A stretch of 64,000 nt of DNA. It comes from Antedon mediterranea. Its lineage: Eukaryota; Animalia; Echinodermata. The position numbers and the translations under genes were made by a program. Of this stretch, positions 37,601 to 52,600 are shown in pieces. The DNA lies in assembly GCF_964355755.1 (NCBI RefSeq), contig NC_092672.1:16430001-16494000 (forward strand). Direction: 5' to 3'. The notes beneath the pieces were generated by a model that was not told where the DNA came from, searched no databases, and saw only the letters and a list, made by a program, of their open reading frames with translations. Position 1 is the stretch's first letter. Each line of letters opens with the position of its first letter.

Positions 37601-40600
37601 ATAGATAGATCAGCGAGAGAGAGATAGATAGATCAGCGAGAGAGAGATAGATAGATCAGCGAGAGAGAGATAGATCAGCGAGAGAGAGAGAGATAGATCA
37701 GCGAGAGAGAGAGATATATCAGCGAGAGAGAGAGATAGATCAGCGAGAGATAGATAGATCAGCGAGAGAGAGATAGATCAACGAGAGAGAGATAGATCAG
37801 CGAGAGATAGAAAGATCAGCGAGAGAGAGATAGATAGATCAGTGAGAGAGAGATAAATAGATCAGCGAGAGAGAGATAGATAGATCAGCGAGAGATAGAT
37901 AGATAGATCAGCGAGAGAGAGATAGATAGATCAGCGAGAGAGAGATAGATCAGTGAGAGAGAAATAGATAGATCAGCGAGAGAGAGATAGATAGATCAGC
38001 GAGAGAGAGATAGATAGATCAGCGAGAGATAGATAGATCAGCGAGAGAGAGATAGATAGATCAGTGAGAGAGAGAGATAGATCAGCGAGAGAGAGAGATA
38101 GATCAGCAAGAGAGAGATAGATAGATCAGCGAGAGAGAGATAGATAGATGAGCGAGAGAGAGATAGATCTGCGAGAGAGAGATAGATAGATGAGCGAGAG
38201 AGAGATAGATGAGCGAGAGAGAGATAGATAGATGAGCGAGAGATAGATAGATGAGCGAGAGAGAGATAGATGAGCGAGAGAGAGATAGATAGATCAGCGT
38301 GAGATAGATAGATCAGCGAGAGAGAGATAGATAGATCAGCGAGAGAGAGATAGATAGATCAGCGAGAGAGAGATAGATAGATCAGCAAGAGATAGATAGA
38401 TAGATCAGCGAGAGAGAGATAGATAGATCAGCGAGAGAGAGATAGATCAGTGAGGGAGAGATAGATAGATCAGCGAGAGAGAGATAGATAGATCTGCGAG
38501 AGAGAGAGATAGATCAGCGAGAGATAGATAGATCAGTGAGAGAGAGATAGATCAGCGAGAGAGAGATAGATCAACGAGAGAGAGATAGATCAGCGAGAGA
38601 GAGATAGATCAGCGAGAGCTAGATAGATCAGCGAGAGAGAGATAGATCAGCGAGAGAGAGAGATAGATCAGCGAGAGAGATAGATCAGCGAGAGAGAGAT
38701 AGATCAGCGAGAGATAGATTGATCAGCGAGAGAGAGATAGATAGATCAGCGAGAGAGAGAGATAGATAGATCAGCGAGAGAGAGATAGATAGATCAGCGA
38801 GAGAGATAGATAGATCAGCGAGGGAGAGATAGATAGATCAGCGAGAGAGAGAGATATATAGGCGAGAGAGAGATATATCAGCGAGAGAGAGATAGATCAG
38901 CGAGAGAGATAGATCAGCGAGAGAGATAGATCAGCGTGAAAGAGATAGATCAGCGAGAGAGAGATAGATCAGCGAGAGAGAGATAGATCAGCGAGAGAGA
39001 TAGATAGATTAGCGAGAGAGATAGATCAGCGAGGGAGAGATAGATCAGCGAGAGAGAGATAGATCAGCGAGAGAGAGATAGATCAGCGAGAAAGAGATAG
39101 ATCAGCGAGAGAGAGATAGATCAGCGAGAGAGAGATAGATCAGCGAGAGAGAGATAGATCAGCAAGAGAGAGATAGATCAGCGGGAGAGAGATAGATCAG
39201 CTCGAGAGAGATAGATCAGCGAGAGAGAGAGAGATAGATCAGCGAGAGATAGATAGATCAGCGAAAGAGATAGATCAGCGAGAGAGAGATAGATCAGGGA
39301 GAGAGAGATAGATCAGCGAGAGAGAGATAGATCTGCGAGAGAGAGATAGATCAGCGAGAGAGAGATAGATCAGCGAGAGAGAGATAGATAGATGAGCGAG
39401 AGAGAGATAGATCTGCGAGAGAGAGATAGATAGATGAGCGAGAGAGAGATAGATGAGCGAGAGAGAGATAGATAGATGAGCGAGAGATAGATAGATGAGC
39501 GAGAGAGAGATAGATGAGCGAGAGAGAGATAGATAGATCAGCGTGAGAAAAGATAGATCAGCGAGAGGGAGATAGATAGATCAGCGAGAGAGAGATAGAT
39601 AGATCAGCGAGAGAGAGATAGATAGATCAGCAAGAGATAGATAGATAGATCAGCGAGAGAGAGATAGATAGATCAGCGAGAGAGAGATAGATCAGTGAGG
39701 GAGAGATAGATAGATCAGCGAGAGAGAGATAGATAGATCTGCGAGAGAGAGATAGATCAGCGAGAGATAGATAGGTCAGTGAGAGAGAGATAGATCAGCG
39801 AGAGAGAGATAAATCAACGAGAGAGAGAGATAGATCAGCGAGAGAGAGAGAGAGATCAGCGAGAGATAGATAGATCAGCGAGAGAGAGATAGATCAGCGA
39901 GAGAGAGAGATAGATCAGCGAGAGAGATAGATCAGCGAGAGAGAGATAGATCAGCGAGAGAGAGATAGATAGATCAGCGAGAGAGAGAGATAGATAGATC
40001 AGCGAGAAAGAGATAGATAGATCAGCGAGAGAGAGATAGATAGATCAGCGAGGGAAAGATAGATAGATCAGCGAGAGAGAGATAGATCAGCGAGAGAGAG
40101 ATAGATCAGCGAGAGAGAGATAGATCAGCAAGAGAGAGATAGAGAGATCAGCGAGAGAGAGAGAGAGAAAAATCAGCGAGAGACAGATAGATCAGCGAGA
40201 GAGAGATAGATCAGCGAGAGAGAGATAGATCAGCGAGAGACAGAGATAGATCAGAGAGAGATAGATCAGCGAGAGAGAGATAGATCAGCGAGAGAGAGAT
40301 AGATCAGCGAGAGAGTGATAGATCAGCGATAGAGAGATAGATCAGCGAGAGAGAGATAGATCAGCGATAGAGAGATAGATCAGCGAGAGAGAGAGATAGA
40401 TCAGCGAGAGATAGATAGATCAGCGAGAGAGAGAGATAGATAGATCAGCGAGAGAGAGATAGATAGATCAGCGAGAGAGAGATAAATAGATCAGCGAGAG
40501 AGAGATAGATAGATCAGCGAGAGATAGATAGATAGATCAGCGAGAGAGAGATAGATAGACCAGCGAGAGAGAGATAGATCAGTGAGAGAGAGATAGATAG

Positions 40601-43600
40601 ATCAGCGAGAGAGAGATAGAAAGATCTGCGAGAGAGAGATAGATCAGCGAGAGATAGATAGAACAGCGAGAGAGCGAGATAGATCAGCGAGAGAGAGAGA
40701 TAGATCAGCGAGAGAGAGATAGATAGATCAGCGAGAGAGAGATAGATAGATGAGCGAGAGAGAGATAGATCTGCGAGAGAGAGATAGATAGATGAGCGAG
40801 AGAGAGATAGATGAGCGAGAGAGAGATAGATAGATCAGCCAGAGATAGATAGATGAGCGAGAGAGAGATAGATGAGCGAGAGAGAGATAGATAGATCAGC
40901 GTGAGATAGATAGATCAGCGAGAGAGAGATAGATAGATCAGCGAGAGAGAGATAGATAGATCAGCGAGAGAGAGATAGATAGATCAGCAAGAGATAGATA
41001 GATAGATCAGCGAGAGAGAGATAGATAGATCAGCGAGAGAGAGATAGATCAGTGAGGGAGAGATAGATAGATCAGCGAGAGAGAGATAGATAGATCTGCG
41101 AGAGAGAGATAGATCAGCGAGAGATAGATAGATCAGTGAGAGAGAGATAGATCAGCGAGAGAGAGATAGATCAACGAGAGAGAGATAGATCAGCGAGAGA
41201 GAGATATATCAGGGAGAGATAGATAGATCAGCGAGAGAGAGATAGATCAGCGAGAGAGAGAGATAGATCAGCGAGAGAGATAGATCAGCGAGAGAGAGAT
41301 AGATCAGCGAGAGATAGATTGATCAGCGAGAGAGAGATAGATAGATCAGCGAGAGAGAGAGATAGATAGATCAGCGAGAGAGAGATAGATAGATCAGCGA
41401 GAGAGAGATAGATAGATCAGCGAGGGAGAGATAGATAGATCAGCGAGAGAGAGATAGATCAGCGAGAGAGAGATAGATCAGCGAGAGAGAGATAGATCAG
41501 CGAGAGAGAGATAGATAGATCAGCGAGAGAGAGAGAGAGAGATAGATCAGCGAGAGAGAGATAGATCAGCGAGAGAGAGAGATAGATCAGCGAGAGAGAG
41601 ATAGATCAGCGAGAGAGAGATATATCAGCGAGAGAGAGATAGATCAGCGAGAGAGAGATAGATCAGCGAGAGAGAGATAGATCAGCGAGAGAGAGATAGA
41701 TCAGCGAGAGATAGTTAAATCAGCGAGAGAGAGATAGATAAGCGAGAGAGAGATAGATAGATCAGCGAGAGAGAGAGATAGATAGATCAGCGAGAGATAG
41801 ATAGATCAGCGAGAGAGAGATAGATCAGCGAGAGAGAGATAGATCAGCGAGAGAGAGATAGATCAGCGAGAGAGAGATAGATCAGCGAGAGAGAGATAGA
41901 TCAGCGAGAGAGAGATAGATCAGCGAGAGAGAGAGATAGATCAGCGAGAGATAGATAGATCAGCGAGAGAGAGAGATAGATAGATCAGCGAGAGAGAGAT
42001 AGATAGATCAGCGAGAGAGAGATAAATAGATCAGCGAGAGAGAGATAGATAGATCAGCGAGAGATAGATAGATAGATCAGCGAGAGAGAGATAGATAGAT
42101 CAGCGAGAGAGAGATAGATCAGTGAGAGAGAGATAGATAGATCAGCGAGAGAGAGATAGAAAGATCTGCGAGAGAGAGATAGATCAGCGAGAGATAGATA
42201 GATCAGCGAGAGAGAGATAGATAGATCAGTGAGAGAGAGAGATAGATCAGCGAGAGAGAGAGATAGATCAGCGAGAGAGAGATAGATAGATCAGCGAGAG
42301 AGAGATAGATAGATGAACGAGAGAGAGATAGATCTGCGAGAGAGAGATAGATAGATGAGCGAGAGAGAGATAGATGAGCGAGAGAGAGATAGATAGATCA
42401 GCGAGAGATAGATAGATGAGCGAGAGAGAGATAGATGAGTGAGAGAGAGATAGATAGATCAGCGTGAGATAGATAGATCAGCGAGAGAGAGATAGATAGA
42501 TCAGCGAGAGAGAGATAGATAGATCAGCGAGGGAGAGATAGATAGATCAGCAAGAGATAGATAGATAGATCAGCGAGAGAGAGATAGATAGATCAGCGAG
42601 AGAGAGATAGATCAGTGAGGGAGAGATAGATAGATCAGAGAGAGAGAGATAGATAGATCTGCGAGAGAGAGATAGATCAGCGAGAGATAGATAGATCAGT
42701 GAGAGAGAGATAGATCAGTGAGAGAGAGATAGATCAACGAGAGAGAGATAGATCAGCGAGAGAGAGATAGATCAGCAAGAGATAGATAGATCAGCGAGAG
42801 AGAGATAGATCAGCGAGAGAGAGAGATAGATCAGCGAGAGAGATAGATCAGCGAGAGAGAGATAGATCAGCGAGAGATAGATTGATCAGCGAGAGAGAGA
42901 TAGATAGATCAGCGAGAGAGAGATAGATCAGCGAGAGAGAGATATATCAGCGAGAGATAGATAGATCAGCGAGAGAGAGATAGATCAGCGAGAGAGAGAG
43001 ATAGATCAGCGAGAGAGATAGATCAGCGAGAAAGAGATAGATCAGCGAGAGATAGATTGATCAGCGAGAGAGAGAGAGAGATAGATCAGCGAGAGAGAGA
43101 AAGATCAGCGAGAGAGAGATAGATCAGCGAGAGAGAGATAGATCAGCGAGAGAGAGATATATCAGCGAGAGAGAGATAGATCAGCGAGAGAGAGATAGAT
43201 CAGCGAGAGAGAGATAGATCAGCGAGAGATAGATAAATCAGCGAGAGAGAGATAGATCAGCGAGAGAGAGATAGATAGATCAGCGAGAGAGAGAGATAGA
43301 TAGATCAGCGAGAGAGAGATAGATCAGCGAGAAAGATAGATCAGCGAGAGAGAGATAGATCAGCGAGAGAGAGATAGATCAGCGAGAGAGAGATAGATCA
43401 GCGAGAGAGAGAGATAGATCAGCGAGAGAGAGATAGATCAGCGAGAGAGAGATAGATCAGCGAGAGAGAGATAGATCAGCGAGAGAGAGATAGATAAGCG
43501 AGAGAGAGATAGATCAGCGAGAGAGAGATAGATCAGCGAGAGAGAGAAATAGATCAGCGAGAGAGAGATAGATAGATCAGCGAGAGAGAGATAGATCAGC

Positions 43601-46600
43601 GAGAGAGAGATAGATCAGTGAGAGAGAGATAGATAGATCAGCGAGAGAGAGAGAGATAGATCAGCGAGAGAGATAGATCAGCGAGAGAGAGATAGATCAG
43701 CGAGAGAGAGATAGATCAGCTAGAGAGAGATAGATGAGCGAGAGAGAGATAGATAGATCAGCGAGAGATAGATAGATCAGCGAGAGATAGATAGATCAGC
43801 GAGAGAGAGATAGATGAGCGAGAAAGAGATAGATAGATCAGCGAGAGATAGATAGATCAGCGAGAGATAGATAGATCAGCGAAAGAGAGATAGATAGATC
43901 AGCGAGAGAAAGATAGATCAGCGAGAGAGAGATATATAGATCAGCGAGAGAGAGATAGATCAGCGAGAGAGAGATAGATAGATCAGCGAGAGAGAGAGAG
44001 AGATAGATAGATCAGCGAGTGAGAGGTAGATAGATCAGCGAGAGAGAGATAGATAGATCAGCGAGAGAGAAAGATAGATCAGCGAGAGATAGATAGATCA
44101 GCGAGAAAGAGATAGATCAACGAGAGAGAGATAGATCAGCGAGAGATAGATAGATCAGCGAGAGAGAGTTAGATCAGCGAGAGAGAGATAGATCAGCGAG
44201 AGAGAGATAGATAGATCAGCGAGAGAGAGATAGATAGATCAGCGAGAGAGAGATAGATAGATCAGCGAGAGATAGATAGATCAGCGAGAGAGAGATAGAT
44301 AGATCAGCGAGAGAGATAGATCAGCGAGAGAGAGATAGATAGATCAGCGAGAGAGATAGATCAGCGACAGAGAGATAGATAGATCAGCGAGAGAGAGATA
44401 AATAGATCAGCGAGAGAGAGATAGATAGATCAGCGAGAGAGAGATAGATCAGCGAGAGAGAGAGATAGATCAGCGAGAGAGAGAGATATATCAGCGAGAG
44501 AGAGAGATAGATCAGCGAGAGATAGATAGATCAGCGAGAGAGAGATAGATCAACGAGAGAGAGATAGATCAGCGAGAGATAGATAGATCAGCGAGAGAGA
44601 GATAGATCAGCGAGAGAGAGATAGATCAGCGAGAGAGAGATAGATCAGCGAGAGATAGATAGATCAGCGAGAGAGAGATAGATAGATCAGCGAGAGAGAA
44701 ATAGATAGATCAGCGAGAGAGAGATAGATAGATCAGCGAGAGAGAGATAGATAGATCAGCGAGAGATAGATAGATCAGCGAGAGAGAGATAGATAGATCA
44801 GCGAGAGAGATAGATCAGCGAGAGAGAGATAGATAGATCGATCAGCGAGAGAGAGATAGATCAGCGAGAGAGGGATAGATAGATCAGCGAGAGAGAGATA
44901 GATAGATCAGCGAGAGAGAGATAGACAGATCAGCGAGAGAGAGATAGATCAGCGAGAGAGAGAGAGATAGATCAGCGAGAGAGAGAGATAGATCAGCGAG
45001 AGAGAGAGATAGATCAGCGAGAGAGAGATAGATCAGCGAGAGAGATAGATCAGCGAGAGAGAGAGATAGATCAGAGAGAGAGCGATAGATCAGCGAAAGA
45101 GAGATAGATCAGCGAGAGAGAGATAGATCAGCGAGAGAGAGATAGATCAGCGAGGGAGAGAGATAGATCAGCGAGAGACAGATAGATCAGCGAGAGAGAG
45201 AGATAGATCAGCGAGAGAGAGATAGATCAGCGAGAGACAGAGATAGATCAGAGGGAGATAGATCAGCGAGAGAGAGAGAGAGATAGATCAGCGAGAGAGA
45301 TAGATCAGCGAGAGAGAGATAGATCAGCGAGAGAGTGATAGATCAGCGATAGAGAGATAGATCAGCGAGAGAGAGATAGATCAGCGAGAGAGAGAGATAG
45401 ATCAGCGAGAGAGATAGATCAGCGAGAGAGAGTTAGATCAGCGAGAGAGAGATAGATAGATCAGCGAGAGAGAGATAGATAGATCAGCGAGAGAGAGAGA
45501 TAGATCAGCGAGAGAGAGATAGATAGATCAGCGAGAGAGAGAGAGATAGATAGATCAGCGAGAGAAAGATAGATCAGCGAGAGAGAGATAGATAGATCAG
45601 CGAGAGAGATAGATCAGCGAGAGAGAGATAGACAGATCAGCGAGAGAGAGATAGATCAGCGAGAGAAAGATAGATAGATAAGCGAGAGAGAGATATATAG
45701 ATCAGCGAGAGAGAGATAGATAGATCAGCGAGAGAGAAATAGATCAGCGAGAGAGAGAGAGGGATAGATCAGCGAGAGAGAGATAGATCAGCGAGAGAGA
45801 GAGAGATAGATCAGCGAGAGAGAGATAGATCAGCGAGAGAGAGATAGATCAGCGAGAGAGAGATAGATCAGCGAGAGAGAGAGATAGATCAGAGAGAGAG
45901 AGAGAGATAGATCAGCGAGAGAGAGATAGATCAGCGAGAGAGAGATAGATCAGCGAGAGAGAGATAGATCAGCGAGGGAGAGAGATAGATCAGCGAGAGA
46001 CAGATAGATCAGCGAGAGAGAGATAGATCAGCGAGAGAGAGATAGATCAGCGAGAGACAGAGATAGATCAGAGAGAGATAGATCAGCGAGAGAGAGAGAG
46101 AGAGATCAGCGAGAGAGATAGATCAGCGAGAGAGAGATAGATCAGCGAGAGAGTGATAGATCAGCGATAGAGAGATAGATCAGCGAGAGAAAGATAGATA
46201 AGCGAGAGAGAGATAGATCAGCGAGAGAGATAGATCAGCGAGAGAGAGTTAGATCAGCGAGAGAGAGATAGATAGATCAGCGAGAGAGAGATAGATAGAT
46301 CAGCGAGAGAGAGATAGATCAGCGAGAGAGATAGATCAGCGAGAGAGATAGATAGATCAGCGAGAGAGATATAGATCAGCGAGAGAGAGATAGATAGATC
46401 AGCGAGAGAGAGATAGATAGATCAGCGAGAGAGAGATAGATCTGCGAGAGAGAGATAGATAGATTAGCGAGAGAGAGAGATAGATGAGCGAGAGAGAGAT
46501 AGATAGATCAGCGAGAGATAGATAGATCAGCGAGAGAGAGATAGATGAGCGAGAGAGAGATAGAAAGATCAGCGAGAGATAGATAGATCAGCGAGAGAGA

Positions 46601-49600
46601 GATAGATAGATAAGCGAGAGAGAGATAGATCAGCGAGAGAGAGATATAAAGATCAGCAAGAGAGAGATAGATCAGCGAGAGAGAGAGATAGTTAGATCAG
46701 CGAGAGAAAGAGAGATAGATAGATCAGCGAGAGAGTGGTAGATAGATCAGCAAGAGAGAGATAGATAGATCAGCGAGAGAGAGATAGATCAGCGAGAGAT
46801 AGATAGATCAGCGAGAGAGAGAGATAGATCAACGAGAGAGAGATAGATCAGCGAGAGAGAGATAGATCAGCGAAAGATAGATAGATCAGCGAGAGAGAGA
46901 TAGATCAGCGAGAGAGAGATAGATCAGCGAGAGAGAGATAGATCAGCGAGAGAGAGAGATAGATCAGCGAGAGATAGATAGATCAGCGAGAGAGAGAGAT
47001 AGATAGATCAGCGAGAGAGAGATAGATACATCAGCGAGAGAGAGATAAATAGATCAGCGAGAGAGAGAGATAGATAGATCAGCGAAAGATAGATAGATAG
47101 ATAAGCGAGAGAGAGATAGATAGATCAGCGAGAGAGAGATAGATCAGTGAGAGAGAGATAGATAGATCAGCGAGAGAGAGATAGAAAGATCTGCGAGAGA
47201 GAGATAGATCAGCGAGAGATAGATAGATCAGCGAGAGAGAGATAGATAGATCAGTGAGAGAGAGAGATAGATCAGCGAGAGAGAGAGATAGATCAGCGAG
47301 AGAGAGATAGATAGATCAGCGAGAGAGAGATAGATAGATGAGCGAGAGAGAGATAGATCTGCGAGAGAGAGATAGATAGATCAGCGAGAGATAGATAGAT
47401 GAGCGAGAGAGAGATAGATGAGCGAGAGAGAGATAGATAGATCAGCGTGAGATAGATAGATCAGCGAGAGAGAGATAGATAGATCAGCGAGAGAGAGATA
47501 GATAGATCAGCGAGAGAGAGATAGATAGATCAGCAAGAGATAGATAGATAGATCAGCGAGAGAGAGATAGATAGATCAGCGAGAGAGAGATAGATCAGTG
47601 AGGGAGAGATAGATAGATCAGCGAGAGAGAGATAGATAGATCTGCGAGAGAGAGATAGATCAGCGAGAGATAGATAGATCAGTGAGAGAGAGATAGATCA
47701 GCGAGAGAGAGATAGATCAACGAGAGAGAGATAGATCAGCGAGAGAGAGATAGATCAGCGAGAGATAGATAGATCAGCGAGAGAGAGATAGATCAGCGAG
47801 AGAGAGAGATAGATCAGCGAGAGAGATAGATCAGCGAGAGAGAGATAGATCAGCGAGAGATAGATTGATCAGCGAGAGAGAGATAGATAGATCAGCGAGA
47901 GAGAGAGATAGATAGATCAGCGAGAGAGAGATAGATAGATCAGCGAGAGAGAGATAGATAGATCAGCGAGGGAGAGATAGATAGATCAGCGAGAGAGAGA
48001 TAGATCAGCGAGAGAGAGATAGATCAGCGAGAGAGAGATAGATCAGCGAGAGAGAGATAGATAGATCAGCGAGAGAGAGAGAGAGATAGATCAGCGAGAG
48101 AGAGATAGATCAGCGAGAGAGAGATAGATCAGCGAGAGAGAGATAGATCAGCGAGAGAGAGATATATCAGCGAGAGAGAGATAGATCAGCGAGAGAGAGA
48201 TAGATCAGCGAGAGAGAGATAGATCAGCGAGAGAGAGATAGATCAGCGAGAGATAGATAAATCAGCGAGAGAGAGATAGATCAGCGAGAGAGAGATAGAT
48301 AGATCAGCGAGAGAGAGAGATAGATAGATCAGCGAGAGATAGATAGATCAGCGAGAGAGAGATAAATCAGCGAGAGAGAGATAGATCAGCGAGAGAGAGA
48401 TAGATCAGCGAGAGAGAGATAGATCAGCGAGAGAGAGATAGATCAGCGAGAGAGAGATAGATCAGCGAGAGATAGATAGATCAGCGAGAGAGAGAGATAG
48501 ATAGATCAGCGAGAGAGAGAGATAGATAGATCAGCGAGATAGAGATAAATAGATCAGCGAGAGAGAGATAGATAGATCAGCGAGAGATAGATAGATAGAT
48601 CAGCGAGAGAGAGATAGATAGATCAGCGAGAGAGAGATAGATCAGTGAGAGAGAGATAGATAGATCAGCGAGAGAGAGATAGAAAGATCTGCGAGAGAGA
48701 GATAGATCAGCGAGAGATAGATAGATCAGCGAGAGAGAGATAGATAGATCAGTGAGAGAGAGAGATAGATCAGCGAGAGAGAGAGATAGATCAGCGAGAG
48801 AGAGATAGATAGATCAGCGAGAGAGAGATAGATAGATGAGCGAGAGAGAGATAGATCTGCGAGAGAGAGATAGATAGATGAGCGAGAGAGAGATAGATGA
48901 GCGAGAGAGAGATAGATAGATCAGCGAGAGATAGATAGATGAGCGAGAGAGAGATAGATGAGCGAGAGAGAGATAGATAGATCAGCGTGAGATAGATAGA
49001 TCAGCGAGAGAGAGATAGATAGATCAGCGAGAGAGAGATAGATAGATCAGCGAGAGAGAGATAGATAGATCAGCAAGAGATAGATAGATAGATCAGCGAG
49101 AGAGAGATAGATAGATTAGCGAGAGAGAGATAGATCAGTGAGGGAGAGATAGATAGATCAGCGAGAGAGAGATAGATAGATCTGCGAGAGAGAGATAGAT
49201 CAGTGAGAGAGAGATAGATCAGCGAGAGAGAGATAGATCAACGAGAGAGAGATAGATCAGCGAGAGAGAGATAGATCAGCGAGAGATAGATAGATCAGCG
49301 AGAGAGAGATAGATCAGCGAGAGAGAGAGATAGATCAGCGAGAGAGATAGATCAGCGAGAGAGAGATAGATCAGCGAGAGATAGATTGATCAGCGAGAGA
49401 GAGATAGATAGATCAGCGAGAGAGAGAGATAGATAGATCAGCGAGAGAGAGATAGATAGATCAGCGAGAGAGAGATAGATAGATCAGCGAGGGAGAGATA
49501 GATAGATCAGCGAGAGAGAGATAGATCAGCGAGAGAGAGATAGATCAGCGAGAGAGAGATAGATCAGCGAGAGAGAGATAGAGAGATCAGCGAGAGAGAG

Positions 49601-52600
49601 AGAGAGATAGATCAGCGAGAGACAGATAGATCAGCGAGAGACAGATAGATCAGCGAGAGAGAGATAGATCAGCGAGAGAGAGATAGATCAGCGAGAGACA
49701 GAGATAGATCAGAGAGAGATAGATCAGCGAGAGAGAGATAGATCAGCGAGAGAGAGATAGATCAGCGAGAGAGTGATAGATCAGCGATAGAGAGATAGAT
49801 CAGCGAGAGAGAGATAGATCAGCGATAGAGAGATAGATCAGCGAGAGAGAGAGATAGATCAGCGAGAGATAGATAGATCAGCGAGAGAGAGAGATAGATA
49901 GATCAGCGAGAGAGAGATAGATAGATCAGCGAGAGAGAGATAAATAGATCAGCGAGAGAGAGATAGATAGATCAGCGAGAGATAGATAGTTAGATCAGCG
50001 AGAGATAGATAGATAGATCAGCGAGAGAGAGATAGATCAGTGAGAGAGAGATAGATAGATCAGTGAGAGAGAGATAGAAAGATCTGCGAGAGAGAGATAG
50101 ATCAGCGAGAGATAGATAGATCAGCGAGAGAGAGATAGATAGATCAGTGAGAGAGAGAGATAGATCAGCGAGAGAGAGATAGATCAGCGAGAGAGAGATA
50201 GATAGATCAGCGAGAGAGAGATAGATAGATGAGCGAGAGAGAGATAGATCTGCGAGAGAGAGATAGATAGATGAGCAAGAGAGAGATAGATGAGCGAGAG
50301 AGAGATAGATAGATCAGCGAGAGATAGATAGATGAGCGAGAGAGAGATAGATGAGCGAGAGAGAGATAGATAGATCAGCGTGAGATAGATAGATCAGCGA
50401 GAGAGAGATAGATAGATCAGCGAGAGAGAGATAGATAGATCAGCAAGAGAGAGATAGATAGATCAGCAAGAGATAGATAGATAGATCAGCGAGAAAGAGA
50501 GATAGATAGATCAGCGAGAGAGAGATAGATCAGTGAGGGAGAGATAGATAGATCAGCGAGAGAGAGATAGATAGATCTGTGAGAAAGATAGATCAGCGAG
50601 AGATAGATAGATCAGTGAGAGAGAGATAGATCAGCGAGAGAGAGATAGATCAACGAGAGAGAGATAGATCAGCGAGAGAGAGATAGATCAGCGAGAGATA
50701 GATAGATCAGCGAGAGAGAGATAGATCAGCGAGAGAGAGAGATAGATCAGCGAGAGAGATAGATCAGCGAGAGAGAGATAGATCAGCGAGAGATAGATTT
50801 ATCAGCGAGAGAGAGATAGATAGATCAGCGAGAGAGAGAGATAGATAGATCAGCGAGAGAGAGATAGATAGATCAGCGAGAGAGAGATAGATAGATCAGC
50901 AAGGGAGAGATAGATAGATCAGCGAGAGAGAGATAGATCAGCGAGAGAGAGATAGATCAGCGAGAGAGAGATAGATCAGCGAGAGAGAGATAGATAGATC
51001 AGCGAGAGAGAGAGAGATAGATCAGCGAGAGAGAGATAGATCAGCGAGAGAGAGATAGATCAGCGAGAGAGAGATAGATCTGCGAGAGAGAGATATATCA
51101 GCGAGAGAGAGATAGATCAGCGAGAGAGAGATAGATCAGCGAGAGAGAGATAGATCAGCGAGAGAGAGATAGATCAGCGAGAGATAGATAAATCAGCGAG
51201 AGAGAGATAGATCAGCGAGAGAGAGAGATAGATAGATCAGCGAGAGAGAGAGATAGATAGATCAGCGAGAGATAGATAGATCAGCGAGAAAGAGATAGAT
51301 CAGCGAGAGAGAGATAGATCAGCGAGAGAGAGATAGATCAGCGAGAGAGAGATAGATCAGCGAGAGAGAGATAGATCAGCGAGAGAGAGATAGATCAGCG
51401 AGAGAGAGAGAGATAGATCAGCGAGAGATAGATAGATCAGCGAGAGAGAGAGATAGATAGATCAGCGAGAGAGAGATAGATAGATCAGCGAGAGAGAGAT
51501 AAATAGATCAGCGAGAGAGAGATAGATAGATCAGCGAGAGATAGATAGATAGATCAGCGAGAGAGAGATAGATAGATCAGCGAGAGAGAGATAGATCAGT
51601 GAGAGAGAGATAGATAGATCAGCGAGAGAGAGATAGAAAGATCTGCGAGAGAGAGATAGATCAGCGAGAGATAGATAGATCAGCGAGAGAGAGATAGATA
51701 GATCAGTGAGAGAGAGATAGATCAGCGAGAGAGAGAGATAGATCAGCGAGAGAGAGATAGATAGATCAGCGAGAGAGAGATAGATAGATGAGCGAGAGAG
51801 AGATAGATCTGCGAGAGAGAGATAGATAGATGAGCGAGAGAGAGATAGATGAGCGAGAGAGAGATAGATAGATCAGCGAGAGATAGATAGATGAGCGAGA
51901 GAGAGATAGATGAGCGAGAGAGAGATAGATAGATCAGCGTGAGATAGATAGATCAGCGAGAGAGAGATAGATAGATCAGCGAGAGAGAGATAGATAGATC
52001 AGCGAGAGAGAGATAGATAGATCAGCAAGAGATAGATAGATAGATCAGCGAGAGAGAGATAGATAGATCAGCGAGAGAGAGATAGATCAGTGAGGGAGAG
52101 ATAGATAGATCAGCGAGAGAGAGATAGATAGATCTGCGAGAGATAGATAGATCAGCGAGAGAGAGATAGATCAGCGAGAGAGAGAGATAGATCAGCGAGA
52201 GAGATAGATCAGCGAGAGAGAGATAGATCAGCGAGAGATAGATTGATCAGCGAGAGAGAGATAGATAGATCAGCGAGAGAGAGAGATAGATAGATCAGCG
52301 AGAGAGAGATAGATAGATCAGCGAGAGAGAGATAGATAGATCAGCGAGGGAGAGATAGATAGATCAGCGAGAGAGAGATAGATCAGCGAGAGAGAGATAG
52401 ATCACCGAGAGAGAGATAGATCAGCGAGAGAGAGATAGATAGATCAGCGAGAGAGAGAGAGATAGATCAGCGAGAGAGAGATAGATCAGCGAGAGAGAGA
52501 TAGATCAGCGAGAGAGAGAGATAGATCAGCGAGAGAGAGATATATCAGCGAGAGAGAGATAGATCAGCGAGAGAGAGATAGATCAGCGAGAGAGAGATAG

